Origin: Pyrobaculum sp.
Lineage (GTDB): Archaea; Thermoproteota; Thermoprotei; Thermoproteales; Thermoproteaceae
Direction of reading: 5' to 3'
Length of the DNA stretch: 64,000 nucleotides
Assembly: GCA_046293555.1 (NCBI GenBank)
Contig: JBKBOT010000004.1
Coordinates: 19,372 to 83,371 of the forward strand
Part shown: positions 56,443 to 64,000 of the stretch, in pieces
Layout: the number at the start of each line of letters is the position of its first letter
How positions within the stretch are numbered: position 1 is the stretch's first letter
Program-made: the position numbers and the translations under genes
Notes under the pieces: generated by a model
The model's input: only the letters and a program-made list of their open reading frames with translations
Databases searched by the model: none
Told to the model about the DNA's origin: nothing

Positions 56443-56467
56443 AAATATTTCTTGGCTAGATACATTT

Positions 56468-56767
56468 ATGAAGGTTGTCCGTAGCAAGACCTATGTCTTC
56501 GAGGGGCAGGTGCCGGGAGATGTGGTAGCTATCTTGGAGAAATGGGGTAGAGCCATAAGGAGGGATGCCATCACGGTGTACACAATAGAGCAGGGGGAAA
56601 TCAGGGCTAAGAAGGTCTCCGAAAGCCCGTCTCAGGTAGTGAGGAGAATTTACATAAATCCACACTGCGGCTGTGTGTTAGAACTAGACGAAATCAAAGA
56701 TTTTGAACGTGACAACGTGTCTTATGTAGTTATAAAAAAGAAAATTTGTCAAACTCACCAACAATAA
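56468..56767 (+). CDS. Conserved hypothetical protein
   Basis: 99-aa ORF with CGC and C..H. Confidence 0.65.
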   Translation: MKVVRSKTYVFEGQVPGDVVAILEKWGRAIRRDAITVYTIEQGEIRAKKVSESPSQVVRRIYINPHCGCVLELDEIKDFERDNVSYVVIKKKICQTHQQ

Positions 56768-56795
56768 GCTTAAATCTCCATATGTCGTACAGCCC

Positions 56796-58034
56796 GTGAG
56801 GGCCTATGTGGAGACTTATGGCTGTTGGCTCGCCAAGGCGGATGCAGAGATTTTACGCCAGAGGCTGGGACTTGAGGCTGTAGACAAGGTGGAGGAGGCA
56901 GACCTCCTGTTGGTATACACATGCGCCGTTAGGGAAGACGGCGAGGTGAGACAACTGGGTAGGATAAAAGAGCTGGCGGGTCTAGACAGGAGGCTTGTGG
57001 TGGCGGGGTGTCTGGCTAGGCTGAGGCCATATACCATAAAGTCCATAGCCCCCCACGCCCAGTTGATCTACCCCTCCCAGATGGAGGGCGGCGCCGAGAG
57101 GGAGATGCGGAAATTGCCGGAATTCGAGAGGGGGCTTATCTACACCGTGCCGCTACAGGTAGGCTGTCTGGGCAGCTGTACCTTCTGCGCCACGAAATAC
57201 ACCAGAGGGGGCGCTGGCTACGTCAAAAGCGCAGACCCAGAGGACGTCGTTAAATATGTCAAGAGGGCTGTGGGGAAAGGCGCTAAGGAGATCTACCTTA
57301 CAGGCCAGGACGTGATTACCTACGGCTACGAGGTGAGGTGGAGACGTGGCTGGAGTTTGCCAGACCTGCTGGAGAGGTTGCTTAAAGAGGTGGAGGGGGA
57401 ATATAGGGTGAGAATCGGCATGTCTGAGCCATGGGTCTTCAAGAAGTTTGTAGACCAGATCCTAGACGTGGTTAAGAGAGACCATAGGGTGTACCGTTTC
57501 TTCCACCTGCCGGTACAGTCGGGAAGCAGCCGGGTGTTGAGAGCCATGGGGAGGAGATATACGGTTGACGAATATAGAGAGCTGATATATAGCATCCGGC
57601 GGGAGTTAGGACACCACGCCTTTATAGCTACAGACATAATTGTGGGGTTCCCTGGAGAAAGTGAGGAAGACTTCCTGGAGACTGTAAAACTTGTAGAGGA
57701 GCTTCAATTTGACAAAATACATGTGGCGAGATTTAGCCCAAGGCCCTTCACAGAGGCGGCAGTTATGCCAGGCCAGGTGCCCGACGTGGAGAAGAAGAGG
57801 AGGAGTAAGATCTTGTCGGAACTCGCGCTGAGGGTGGCACATATAAGAAACGGCCTGAGGGTAGGGTCGAGAGACGTGGCGTTAGTCTCCGAGGTGGACC
57901 ACGGCCTTGTGGTGGGGCGGGGGGTTGACTACAGGCAGATCGTAGTGGGGCGGGGCTGGGGGCCTCTGGGGGAGTTTATAGAGGTGAGAATCGTGGGGGC
58001 AACCCCCGTATATCTATACGGCGCTATAGAATAA
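56796..58034 (+). CDS. tRNA methylthiotransferase (MiaB-like/MtaB radical SAM)
   Basis: [28 protein letters not shown]-terminal TRAM domain. Confidence 0.9.
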   Translation: MRAYVETYGCWLAKADAEILRQRLGLEAVDKVEEADLLLVYTCAVREDGEVRQLGRIKELAGLDRRLVVAGCLARLRPYTIKSIAPHAQLIYPSQMEGGAEREMRKLPEFERGLIYTVPLQVGCLGSCTFCATKYTRGGAGYVKSADPEDVVKYVKRAVGKGAKEIYLTGQDVITYGYEVRWRRGWSLPDLLERLLKEVEGEYRVRIGMSEPWVFKKFVDQILDVVKRDHRVYRFFHLPVQSGSSRVLRAMGRRYTVDEYRELIYSIRRELGHHAFIATDIIVGFPGESEEDFLETVKLVEELQFDKIHVARFSPRPFTEAAVMPGQVPDVEKKRRSKILSELALRVAHIRNGLRVGSRDVALVSEVDHGLVVGRGVDYRQIVVGRGWGPLGEFIEVRIVGATPVYLYGAIE

Positions 58035-59730
58035 CCTGCTCCCAGGGGTACCTCCCGCCGGCCTTCTGGCTTCTCAACTCCTCCAGCCGGCTTAACAGCT
58101 GCCTCACCTCCCCCTCGCCTATCTTTCTAAACAACGGCTCTACCTCCCCAATGGGGGCACCTGGCGTTGGGGGCCTCTCTGCCTCCTCCCAGAGGAGGGG
58201 GCCGGGGCTCCCCATCATCTTCCATAGCCTCTCAACGCTTTGAGGGACAACGGGGGCTAGGCCGACTGCCAGAAGTTTTAACGACCAGTAGGCGTAATAC
58301 ATAACGGCGTTTGTCTCCCCGACGTCTGTCTTTATTAGCTCCCACGGCGCCCTGGCGTTGAGATATCTGTTGCCCTCCCTGGCTATTTCCACCACTGTGT
58401 GTAGCCCGTCTCTTAGCTCGATGGCGTCGTAATGGGCCTCCGCCTTTTTAAACAGCCCGTGGACTCTCCCCCAGAACTCTCTATCTTCCCCCCTGGGCGA
58501 GCCCTCTGGGGGGACTTTCCCCCCCAGCCTCTTTATAAAAGACAGGACCCTGTTTATGTAGTTACCCACGTCGTCGTTCATCACCTTGTTTATAACCTCT
58601 AGGGCTAGAGGCCAGGTGAAGTTTGTATCTCTATTTTCGGGCCTGATGTAAATTAGGACAAATCTCCAGTAGTCTACTGGAAGTAGGTGAGGCGCCTCGT
58701 CTATCCATATCCCCCACCTCCTGCTTTTAGAAAACTTATCTCCTTCATACATGAGGTATTCAGTGGAGGCTGTGGTTGTGGGCAACGTGTAGCCGCCGTG
58801 GGCGAGGAGTAGTGCGGGCAGGATGATCACGTGGAAAGGCACGTTGTCTTTCCCCACGAAAAACACTATCTTTGTGTCTAGCTCCTTCCAAAACCTCTCC
58901 CAGCCCCCCGCCTCGCCACGTTTGGCGAAATGCTCCACCACCGCCGAGATGTATCCCAACACGGCCTCAAACCACACGTAGATCGTCTTCCCCCCCGCCT
59001 CTGGGAAGGGGGCGGGGATTCCCCACCTGTTGTCTCTAGTTATCGCCCTGGGCCTAAGGCCCTCTTTCAACATGCCTAGCGACATCTCTTTGGCGTTTTG
59101 TGGGAGGTATCTGTTCTCCTCTACGTACTTCCTAACTCTATCCTCAAGTCTCCCCAAGTCTAGATACCAATGGCGGGTCGCCTCCCACCTGGGCTTTGAG
59201 CCACATATGACACACCTGGGCTCCACCAGCTGTCTGGGGTCTAGCAGCCTGCCGCAGTTTTCACACTGGTCCCCCCTAGCCCTCTCGTAGCCACAGTAGG
59301 GACATCTGCCCACCACAAATCTATCTGGGAGAAAGATCTTGTCGTTAGGGCAGTAGGGAATTTCGTCCTCCCTGGCGAAAATATAGCCATTTTCATATAC
59401 CTTCAGGAAGAAGTTTTGGACAAACTTTATGTGTGTCTCCGAGTGGGTGTGGGTATATAGGTCAAAAGAGATATCCCACCTCCTAAACAGCTCGGCCACA
59501 ATTTCGTGCATCCTCGTGGCGTATTCCTCAGGGCTTACCCCCAGCTGTACTGCCTCCACCTCTATGGGGGTGCCGTGCATGTCGCTACCGGAGATAAACA
59601 CCACCTCGTGTCTTCTTAGCCTCAGGTATCTGGCGTAGACGTCAGCCGAGAGAACAGAGCCAACCATGTTGCCTAGATGGGGCACGGTCTGTACGTAAGG
59701 CCACGCGGATCCCACCACGTATTTAGCCAC
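58024..59730 (-). CDS. metG: Methionyl-tRNA synthetase (no C-terminal OB domain)
   Basis: PY...PHLGN, Zn knuckles, YVWFEA, GKDN, KFSKS. Confidence 0.95.
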   Translation of the reverse strand: MAKYVVGSAWPYVQTVPHLGNMVGSVLSADVYARYLRLRRHEVVFISGSDMHGTPIEVEAVQLGVSPEEYATRMHEIVAELFRRWDISFDLYTHTHSETHIKFVQNFFLKVYENGYIFAREDEIPYCPNDKIFLPDRFVVGRCPYCGYERARGDQCENCGRLLDPRQLVEPRCVICGSKPRWEATRHWYLDLGRLEDRVRKYVEENRYLPQNAKEMSLGMLKEGLRPRAITRDNRWGIPAPFPEAGGKTIYVWFEAVLGYISAVVEHFAKRGEAGGWERFWKELDTKIVFFVGKDNVPFHVIILPALLLAHGGYTLPTTTASTEYLMYEGDKFSKSRRWGIWIDEAPHLLPVDYWRFVLIYIRPENRDTNFTWPLALEVINKVMNDDVGNYINRVLSFIKRLGGKVPPEGSPRGEDREFWGRVHGLFKKAEAHYDAIELRDGLHTVVEIAREGNRYLNARAPWELIKTDVGETNAVMYYAYWSLKLLAVGLAPVVPQSVERLWKMMGSPGPLLWEEAERPPTPGAPIGEVEPLFRKIGEGEVRQLLSRLEELRSQKAGGRYPWEQVIL

Positions 59731-59750
59731 GTGTGTCTAAAGTACTGTCT

Positions 59751-60386
59751 TTATAAGCTCTTGCCAGCTATTGACCTCAACATGGCCCTCACCGCGGCCT
59801 CCAGGCCGCCCCTCTCGTATGCCGCCAGCACCATGGACCACCTTATCCGTAACGCCAACGCCGTGAGGACAATTGTCGCCAAGGCGGTGAGGACTGTGGT
59901 GATTATGGGAGAGGCAAAAGGCTCGAAGACGTATACGAGGGACTCTGTGAATAACACAATTAGGGAGGCTAACGCCATCTTGCCCGCCAACACCGCCGCA
60001 AAAAACCGCCTTATGTCATAACCGGCGGCCCCCAGGGGTATATACAACACGTCGTCTGCCAGCGGCGAGACCGCAAAGATAAATACCGCCAGGTCCACAC
60101 CCCATTTTGACACCTTCTGGAAAAACCTCCTGGCGTAGGCCAGCTCCTCTCCCATAACCGCCCTGCCTATGCCGTAGCCGTAGAGAAACACCGCTATTTT
60201 ACCCAAGGCGGCGCCAAGCCCCGTGGCCACAATGGCCAGTATGGCCTCCACAAGACCCCTATTTGCGGTAGTGTAGACCACCGTGGCTAAATATCCCGGG
60301 AGGGGGACAAAGGGGATGAGGTGGGAGATAAAAACCGCCAGGAAGACCCCCAGTGGGCCTAGCCATCCCACCAGCTCATTAGACAT
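59751..60386 (-). CDS. DedA/VTT-family membrane protein
   Basis: IPFVPLP, GAALGK, SPLADD..YIPLG, GK; start set to ATG 60386. Confidence 0.7.
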   Translation of the reverse strand: MSNELVGWLGPLGVFLAVFISHLIPFVPLPGYLATVVYTTANRGLVEAILAIVATGLGAALGKIAVFLYGYGIGRAVMGEELAYARRFFQKVSKWGVDLAVFIFAVSPLADDVLYIPLGAAGYDIRRFFAAVLAGKMALASLIVLFTESLVYVFEPFASPIITTVLTALATIVLTALALRIRWSMVLAAYERGGLEAAVRAMLRSIAGKSL

Positions 60387-60397
60387 CTGGCAGCGGG

Positions 60398-61108
60398 CTA
60401 TCTGCCAAATCTCCTCTGCCTGTTGGAGTACTCTTCTACCACATATCTCACGTCTTCTCTCTCGATTTCTGGCCACAACTTTTCTAAAAATATCAGCTCT
60501 GAGTAGGCCGCTTGGTATAACAGGAAGTTGCTAAGTCTCTTCTCGCCCCCCGTTCTAAGCACCACGTCGGGTTGTGGCTGTGGGAGATCCCTAGTGTCTA
60601 GACACTGAAATAACGTCTCCTCGTTTATCTCCCCCATCTTCACCTCCCCCGAGATGATCCTCTTTATGCATCGTACGAGCTCAGCCCTGCCCCCATACCC
60701 CAGGGCAAAGGTGAGGTGGTAGTTTTGGTAGTTTTTCGTCAGCGACTCTATCTCCTCCACGAGTTTTACGATTTTTGTTGGGAGTAACGCTCTGTCGCCT
60801 ATAACTCTGATCCTAACCCTGTTTTCATGAAGTAGGGGGTCCTCCAGCGTCTTTCTAAACTCCTCCTCAAAGATTTTAAACAATATCTCTAGCTCTAGCC
60901 TGCTTCTCCTGAGGTTTTCAGTAGAGAGGGCGAAAATGGTGACGTGTTTAATATCTCTAAACTCTAAAACCCACGTGAGGAAGCTCCTCACTTTCTCCAC
61001 CCCCACCTTATATGCGCGGTAGAGGTCTAAGCCGGCCTTTTTTGCGTAGCGCCTATTTCCGTCTGGAATAACCGCAATGTGTGTAGGCAGTTTAACAGAC
61101 ATTTTCAC
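60398..61108 (-). CDS. uppS: cis-Prenyltransferase (UppS)
   Basis: IPDGNRRYA, LSTENL.R, YGGR.E, RTGGE.RLSNFL. Confidence 0.95.
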   Translation of the reverse strand: MKMSVKLPTHIAVIPDGNRRYAKKAGLDLYRAYKVGVEKVRSFLTWVLEFRDIKHVTIFALSTENLRRSRLELEILFKIFEEEFRKTLEDPLLHENRVRIRVIGDRALLPTKIVKLVEEIESLTKNYQNYHLTFALGYGGRAELVRCIKRIISGEVKMGEINEETLFQCLDTRDLPQPQPDVVLRTGGEKRLSNFLLYQAAYSELIFLEKLWPEIEREDVRYVVEEYSNRQRRFGR

Positions 61109-61415
61109 CTATATGTTCATCTCCTGCCTTCTCTATAGTCAATAATACCGGCTTTTCACATGTGGCTAATATCATGCCCTGGCTTTCAAGCCCCATAATC
61201 CTCTTAGGCTCCAGGTTGGCCACCACCACCACGTATCTCCCCGCCAAGTCTTCTGGCCTGTAGTACTCGGCGAGGCCGGCGACAATTTGTCTCTTCTCCC
61301 TGCCTAAATCCACGAGAAGTTTTATAAGTTTCTTAGATCCCTCCACTCTAGACGCCTCTACCACCTTCCCCACCTTTAGGACAACGCGGCGAAACTCCTC
61401 AATACTTATAGCCAT
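61092..61415 (-). CDS. Stand-alone tRNA-binding OB-fold (Trbp111 / MetRS C-domain)
   Basis: KLIKLLVDLG..RQIVAG, ANLEPK..MGLESQGMIL. Confidence 0.9.
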   Translation of the reverse strand: MAISIEEFRRVVLKVGKVVEASRVEGSKKLIKLLVDLGREKRQIVAGLAEYYRPEDLAGRYVVVVANLEPKRIMGLESQGMILATCEKPVLLTIEKAGDEHIGENVC

Positions 61416-61438
61416 GACGTTGGCTGTAAGACATATAT

Positions 61439-61831
61439 TTAAAGGTTCAGCTTAAAGTCTTTATAGACGCTCCCCACTGTGTATACCGCCACGGACTCTA
61501 GGCGGACCTCCTGCCCTACGCGGTATCTAAACAAAACCGCCACCCCCTGTATTAAATGCACGTATCCCACCCTCTCTATGTACCCCTCCCTAATCTCCTC
61601 CCTCGTCGGCAAGACGTTGGCGTAATCTCCCGCGGCCAGATATACGTCCACTCTCTCTAAAACGCCCTCTTTGGTGTTTTTACACTCCAGGTAGGTGGGG
61701 CCGTCTGAATGCTGGAAGTTAATCGAGACGCCTATCTGTTTTACCCTCGAGATTATGTAGTTTACCGTCTGTTGTACCTGTTCTCTTGTGGTTAGCGTTA
61801 CCACCAATACTGCGGGTGGGAAGAAAAACAC
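61439..61831 (-). CDS. Hypothetical protein
   Basis: 130-aa ORF within the operon. Confidence 0.65.
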   Translation of the reverse strand: MFFFPPAVLVVTLTTREQVQQTVNYIISRVKQIGVSINFQHSDGPTYLECKNTKEGVLERVDVYLAAGDYANVLPTREEIREGYIERVGYVHLIQGVAVLFRYRVGQEVRLESVAVYTVGSVYKDFKLNL

Positions 61832-61834
61832 GTC

Positions 61835-64000
61835 TTAAATACCCTCCTTAAAAATCTTTTTTATCACAAACGCAGTCCCAAGGCCTAACGCCAGAGACCC
61901 CACATAAATTGCGACAAGGAAGGTGGGGATGCCGAAAAAGCTGGGCTCTACAGTCACAGTGACGATATTAGACATGTTGGGGGCCTGGTAGGGGTTTCCG
62001 GTGTAGTTTACCACAATCTCGTAAACACCGGGATTGGCGAACTGTAGATACAACAAGGGCTCTGCCTGTCGTATCTCCACGTCGGTGTAATTCACAGTGA
62101 GGTTCTTCTTGAATATCTCCAACAAGCCCTCCTTACGCCCCACCGGACTTGTGATGTTTACATAAAGCGGCAGAGATCTCTCTATTACGGTGACCTTACG
62201 TCCCGCGGCTATGGAGACCACTGTGGGGTTTTTAACCGCGGTGTAGTACCTCGAGGCGGCGCAGGGGTAGTAACTATCGTCTCCAGGGAAGGCCACAGTG
62301 ATGTTATACACGCCGGTCTTGTTAAAAGTCAACACTTTCCCCACACGGCTGCCGTTTACCTCCACATGTGTGGGCAATGTGGTGTTTAGCCAGATGGCGT
62401 ATTGTCTCAACACATATACCGTGTTGCCAACAGCCCCTCTCAACATGAAGGTTATGACACATCGCGCCCTGTCTATATGGACATATGTCGTATTGTAGGC
62501 GCCGGCGTAGTTGGGGTCAAGGCTTTCAAACCTGGCCGTTATTTGAAACACGCCGCCTCGCGGCGGCGGCCACCAGCCCCGGTAGGCCGTGGCGTTTCCG
62601 GCATATAACACAGTGCCGTTTATGGAGATAAAAAGCCGGCCGGCAATACCGCTGGGCTTTACGGCGACGTCTATAGGCAGCAGGCTGCCGTATACCCCCC
62701 TCTGTGGGACCTCTAGAGATATAAACGACGGCGCCTTGTAGACAAAAAGGTTAAAACTCTCGCCTTGTGGGATCAACCCCGGCGCCGACACCCTGACGTT
62801 GCCCAGATAGGTCCCCGCCGGCAGTGTGAGAGTTAACGACCCCGTCCCTCTCTCTACCTTAAGTTTATAGCTAAACTGGCCCTGGCCTCCAGAGATCTCC
62901 ACAACGGCGTCTACTGTGACAGGCCGGCCGAATAGAGTAACTTTAAAACTTATGACTAGAGGTTGGCCGTAGATTGCGTGAAAGGTCTTGTTTATATATA
63001 TCTCGGGGGGAGAGGGCAATATGTATAACGTCACCGAGGTTTTTGTAGAGAGGAAGTTCTTTGTGGCTGGGGTGAAGACAGCCGTGAGGTTGTACTCCCC
63101 CGGCAGTAGGTCTAGGGTGTCTACAACAGGCCCCCAAGGCCTGCCGTTAAGAAAAACCTCCACTCTCCCCACCGGCTGTACCAACGAGGTGGGGACGGCT
63201 GTAACCATTACCACCTTGCCGAAATTGACAATATAGGGGTTTGAAAAGGTGTTATTTAGCTTGAGGTCTAGCCAAACTGGCGCCGGCTGGATTAGAAACT
63301 GCGCCGTGGCGGCGGCAGAAGTCACGTTTCTATCTCCCGGCGTTGCGGCCTGTAGCATATAGACGCCGACGTCTAGAGGCGGCATGGCTACCGCCAGGGG
63401 GGCTTTCCCAAAGGCGATAAAGGTGTTGTTAAGCCAAAGCCTGACCTCCACCCCATATTCCCTATTGCCGACATAAACCCTCGCCTTGACCTCCACGGGC
63501 TCTCCATAGGTGTATCTCTCTCTTAGCGTTAACTCAACTCTGGGAGCTGCCTTGTGGATCACCACGTCGTAACGTCTAGATATGCCAGATATAGTTAAGA
63601 CCATGGTGTAATTCCCCGCCCCCAACTGCCACGTGTCTACCTCCAGCCTCCCCCCCGCCGCAAATCTCAGGGGGCCAATAGCCACAATTCCCCTCATGGG
63701 AGGGGGGCTGAGCGAGATGGCCATAACCTGGCCAAAGACGTTTCCAGTAATCGACACGTTGGGCCATACCACTATGGTGGTCCTGTTGTAAAAAACGCCG
63801 GTGGTGGCCACAATGCGGTAGAGGCCGGAGTGTTGGGGGACGTGGGTTTTTTCTATCCTCGTCCTGTTTGAATATAGAGCTACATCCGGACAGGTGGAGT
63901 TTAGACTCACCACAATTTTTGACGTCATGTTTTCAGCCTCTAGAGAGATCTTACAGATAGGTCTCACCGGCAGAGCCACGACCCCCCTGTCTGTCTTTAT
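61835..64000 (-). CDS. Large surface protein with Ig-like repeats and C-terminal TM (start probably outside window)
   Basis: Repeated YG...G.Y.IT..F.G...Y modules, many N-x-S/T sequons, C-terminal TM; frame stays open to the window edge. Confidence 0.75.
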   Translation of the reverse strand: MKTDRGVVALPVRPICKISLEAENMTSKIVVSLNSTCPDVALYSNRTRIEKTHVPQHSGLYRIVATTGVFYNRTTIVVWPNVSITGNVFGQVMAISLSPPPMRGIVAIGPLRFAAGGRLEVDTWQLGAGNYTMVLTISGISRRYDVVIHKAAPRVELTLRERYTYGEPVEVKARVYVGNREYGVEVRLWLNNTFIAFGKAPLAVAMPPLDVGVYMLQAATPGDRNVTSAAATAQFLIQPAPVWLDLKLNNTFSNPYIVNFGKVVMVTAVPTSLVQPVGRVEVFLNGRPWGPVVDTLDLLPGEYNLTAVFTPATKNFLSTKTSVTLYILPSPPEIYINKTFHAIYGQPLVISFKVTLFGRPVTVDAVVEISGGQGQFSYKLKVERGTGSLTLTLPAGTYLGNVRVSAPGLIPQGESFNLFVYKAPSFISLEVPQRGVYGSLLPIDVAVKPSGIAGRLFISINGTVLYAGNATAYRGWWPPPRGGVFQITARFESLDPNYAGAYNTTYVHIDRARCVITFMLRGAVGNTVYVLRQYAIWLNTTLPTHVEVNGSRVGKVLTFNKTGVYNITVAFPGDDSYYPCAASRYYTAVKNPTVVSIAAGRKVTVIERSLPLYVNITSPVGRKEGLLEIFKKNLTVNYTDVEIRQAEPLLYLQFANPGVYEIVVNYTGNPYQAPNMSNIVTVTVEPSFFGIPTFLVAIYVGSLALGLGTAFVIKKIFKEGI

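Noticed and set aside
1-64000. Transposases, integrases, cas genes, rRNA and C/D-box sRNAs
   Set aside because: No matching ORF motifs, and no intergenic RUGAUGA...CUGA pair found by eye; small guide RNAs could have been missed

Overview
Crenarchaeal (Thermoproteaceae, Pyrobaculum-like) chromosomal segment. The assignment rests on gene content, BHB-type tRNA introns and a Pyrobaculum-type CRISPR repeat. About 43 kb (2.1-45.4 kb) form one respiratory super-cluster. It holds all four denitrification reductases (Tat-exported NarGH with a heme-b anchor, a d1-domain-only NirS with a separate cytochrome c, qNor, and a clade II-type NosZ with nosL-B-D-F-Y). It also holds System I* cytochrome c maturation, a second nosZ-less nosL-L-D-F-Y/PCuAC operon, heme O/A synthases, a cyt c-Rieske-cyt b operon, an intact ba3-type oxidase (with a 39-aa subunit IIa missing from the ORF track) and an aa3-type oxidase operon broken by at least three frameshifts. 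The most notable unannotated signal is a 17-bp palindrome (GGTTAA-N5-TTAACC consensus) at the same position upstream of nirS, nosZ and norB, alongside four Cys-rich HTH proteins: a candidate archaeal denitrification/NO regulon. Other oddities: a spacerless CRISPR leader/repeat remnant, an MFS gene whose only in-frame start codon before its first helix lies inside a tRNA-Phe intron, a double-intron tRNA-Gly and two structured intergenic elements. The last ~19 kb is mostly housekeeping (tldD/E, nuoBC, folP, tRNA methylthiotransferase, metG, uppS). All calls come from reading the sequence and recalled family motifs; no database search was run.
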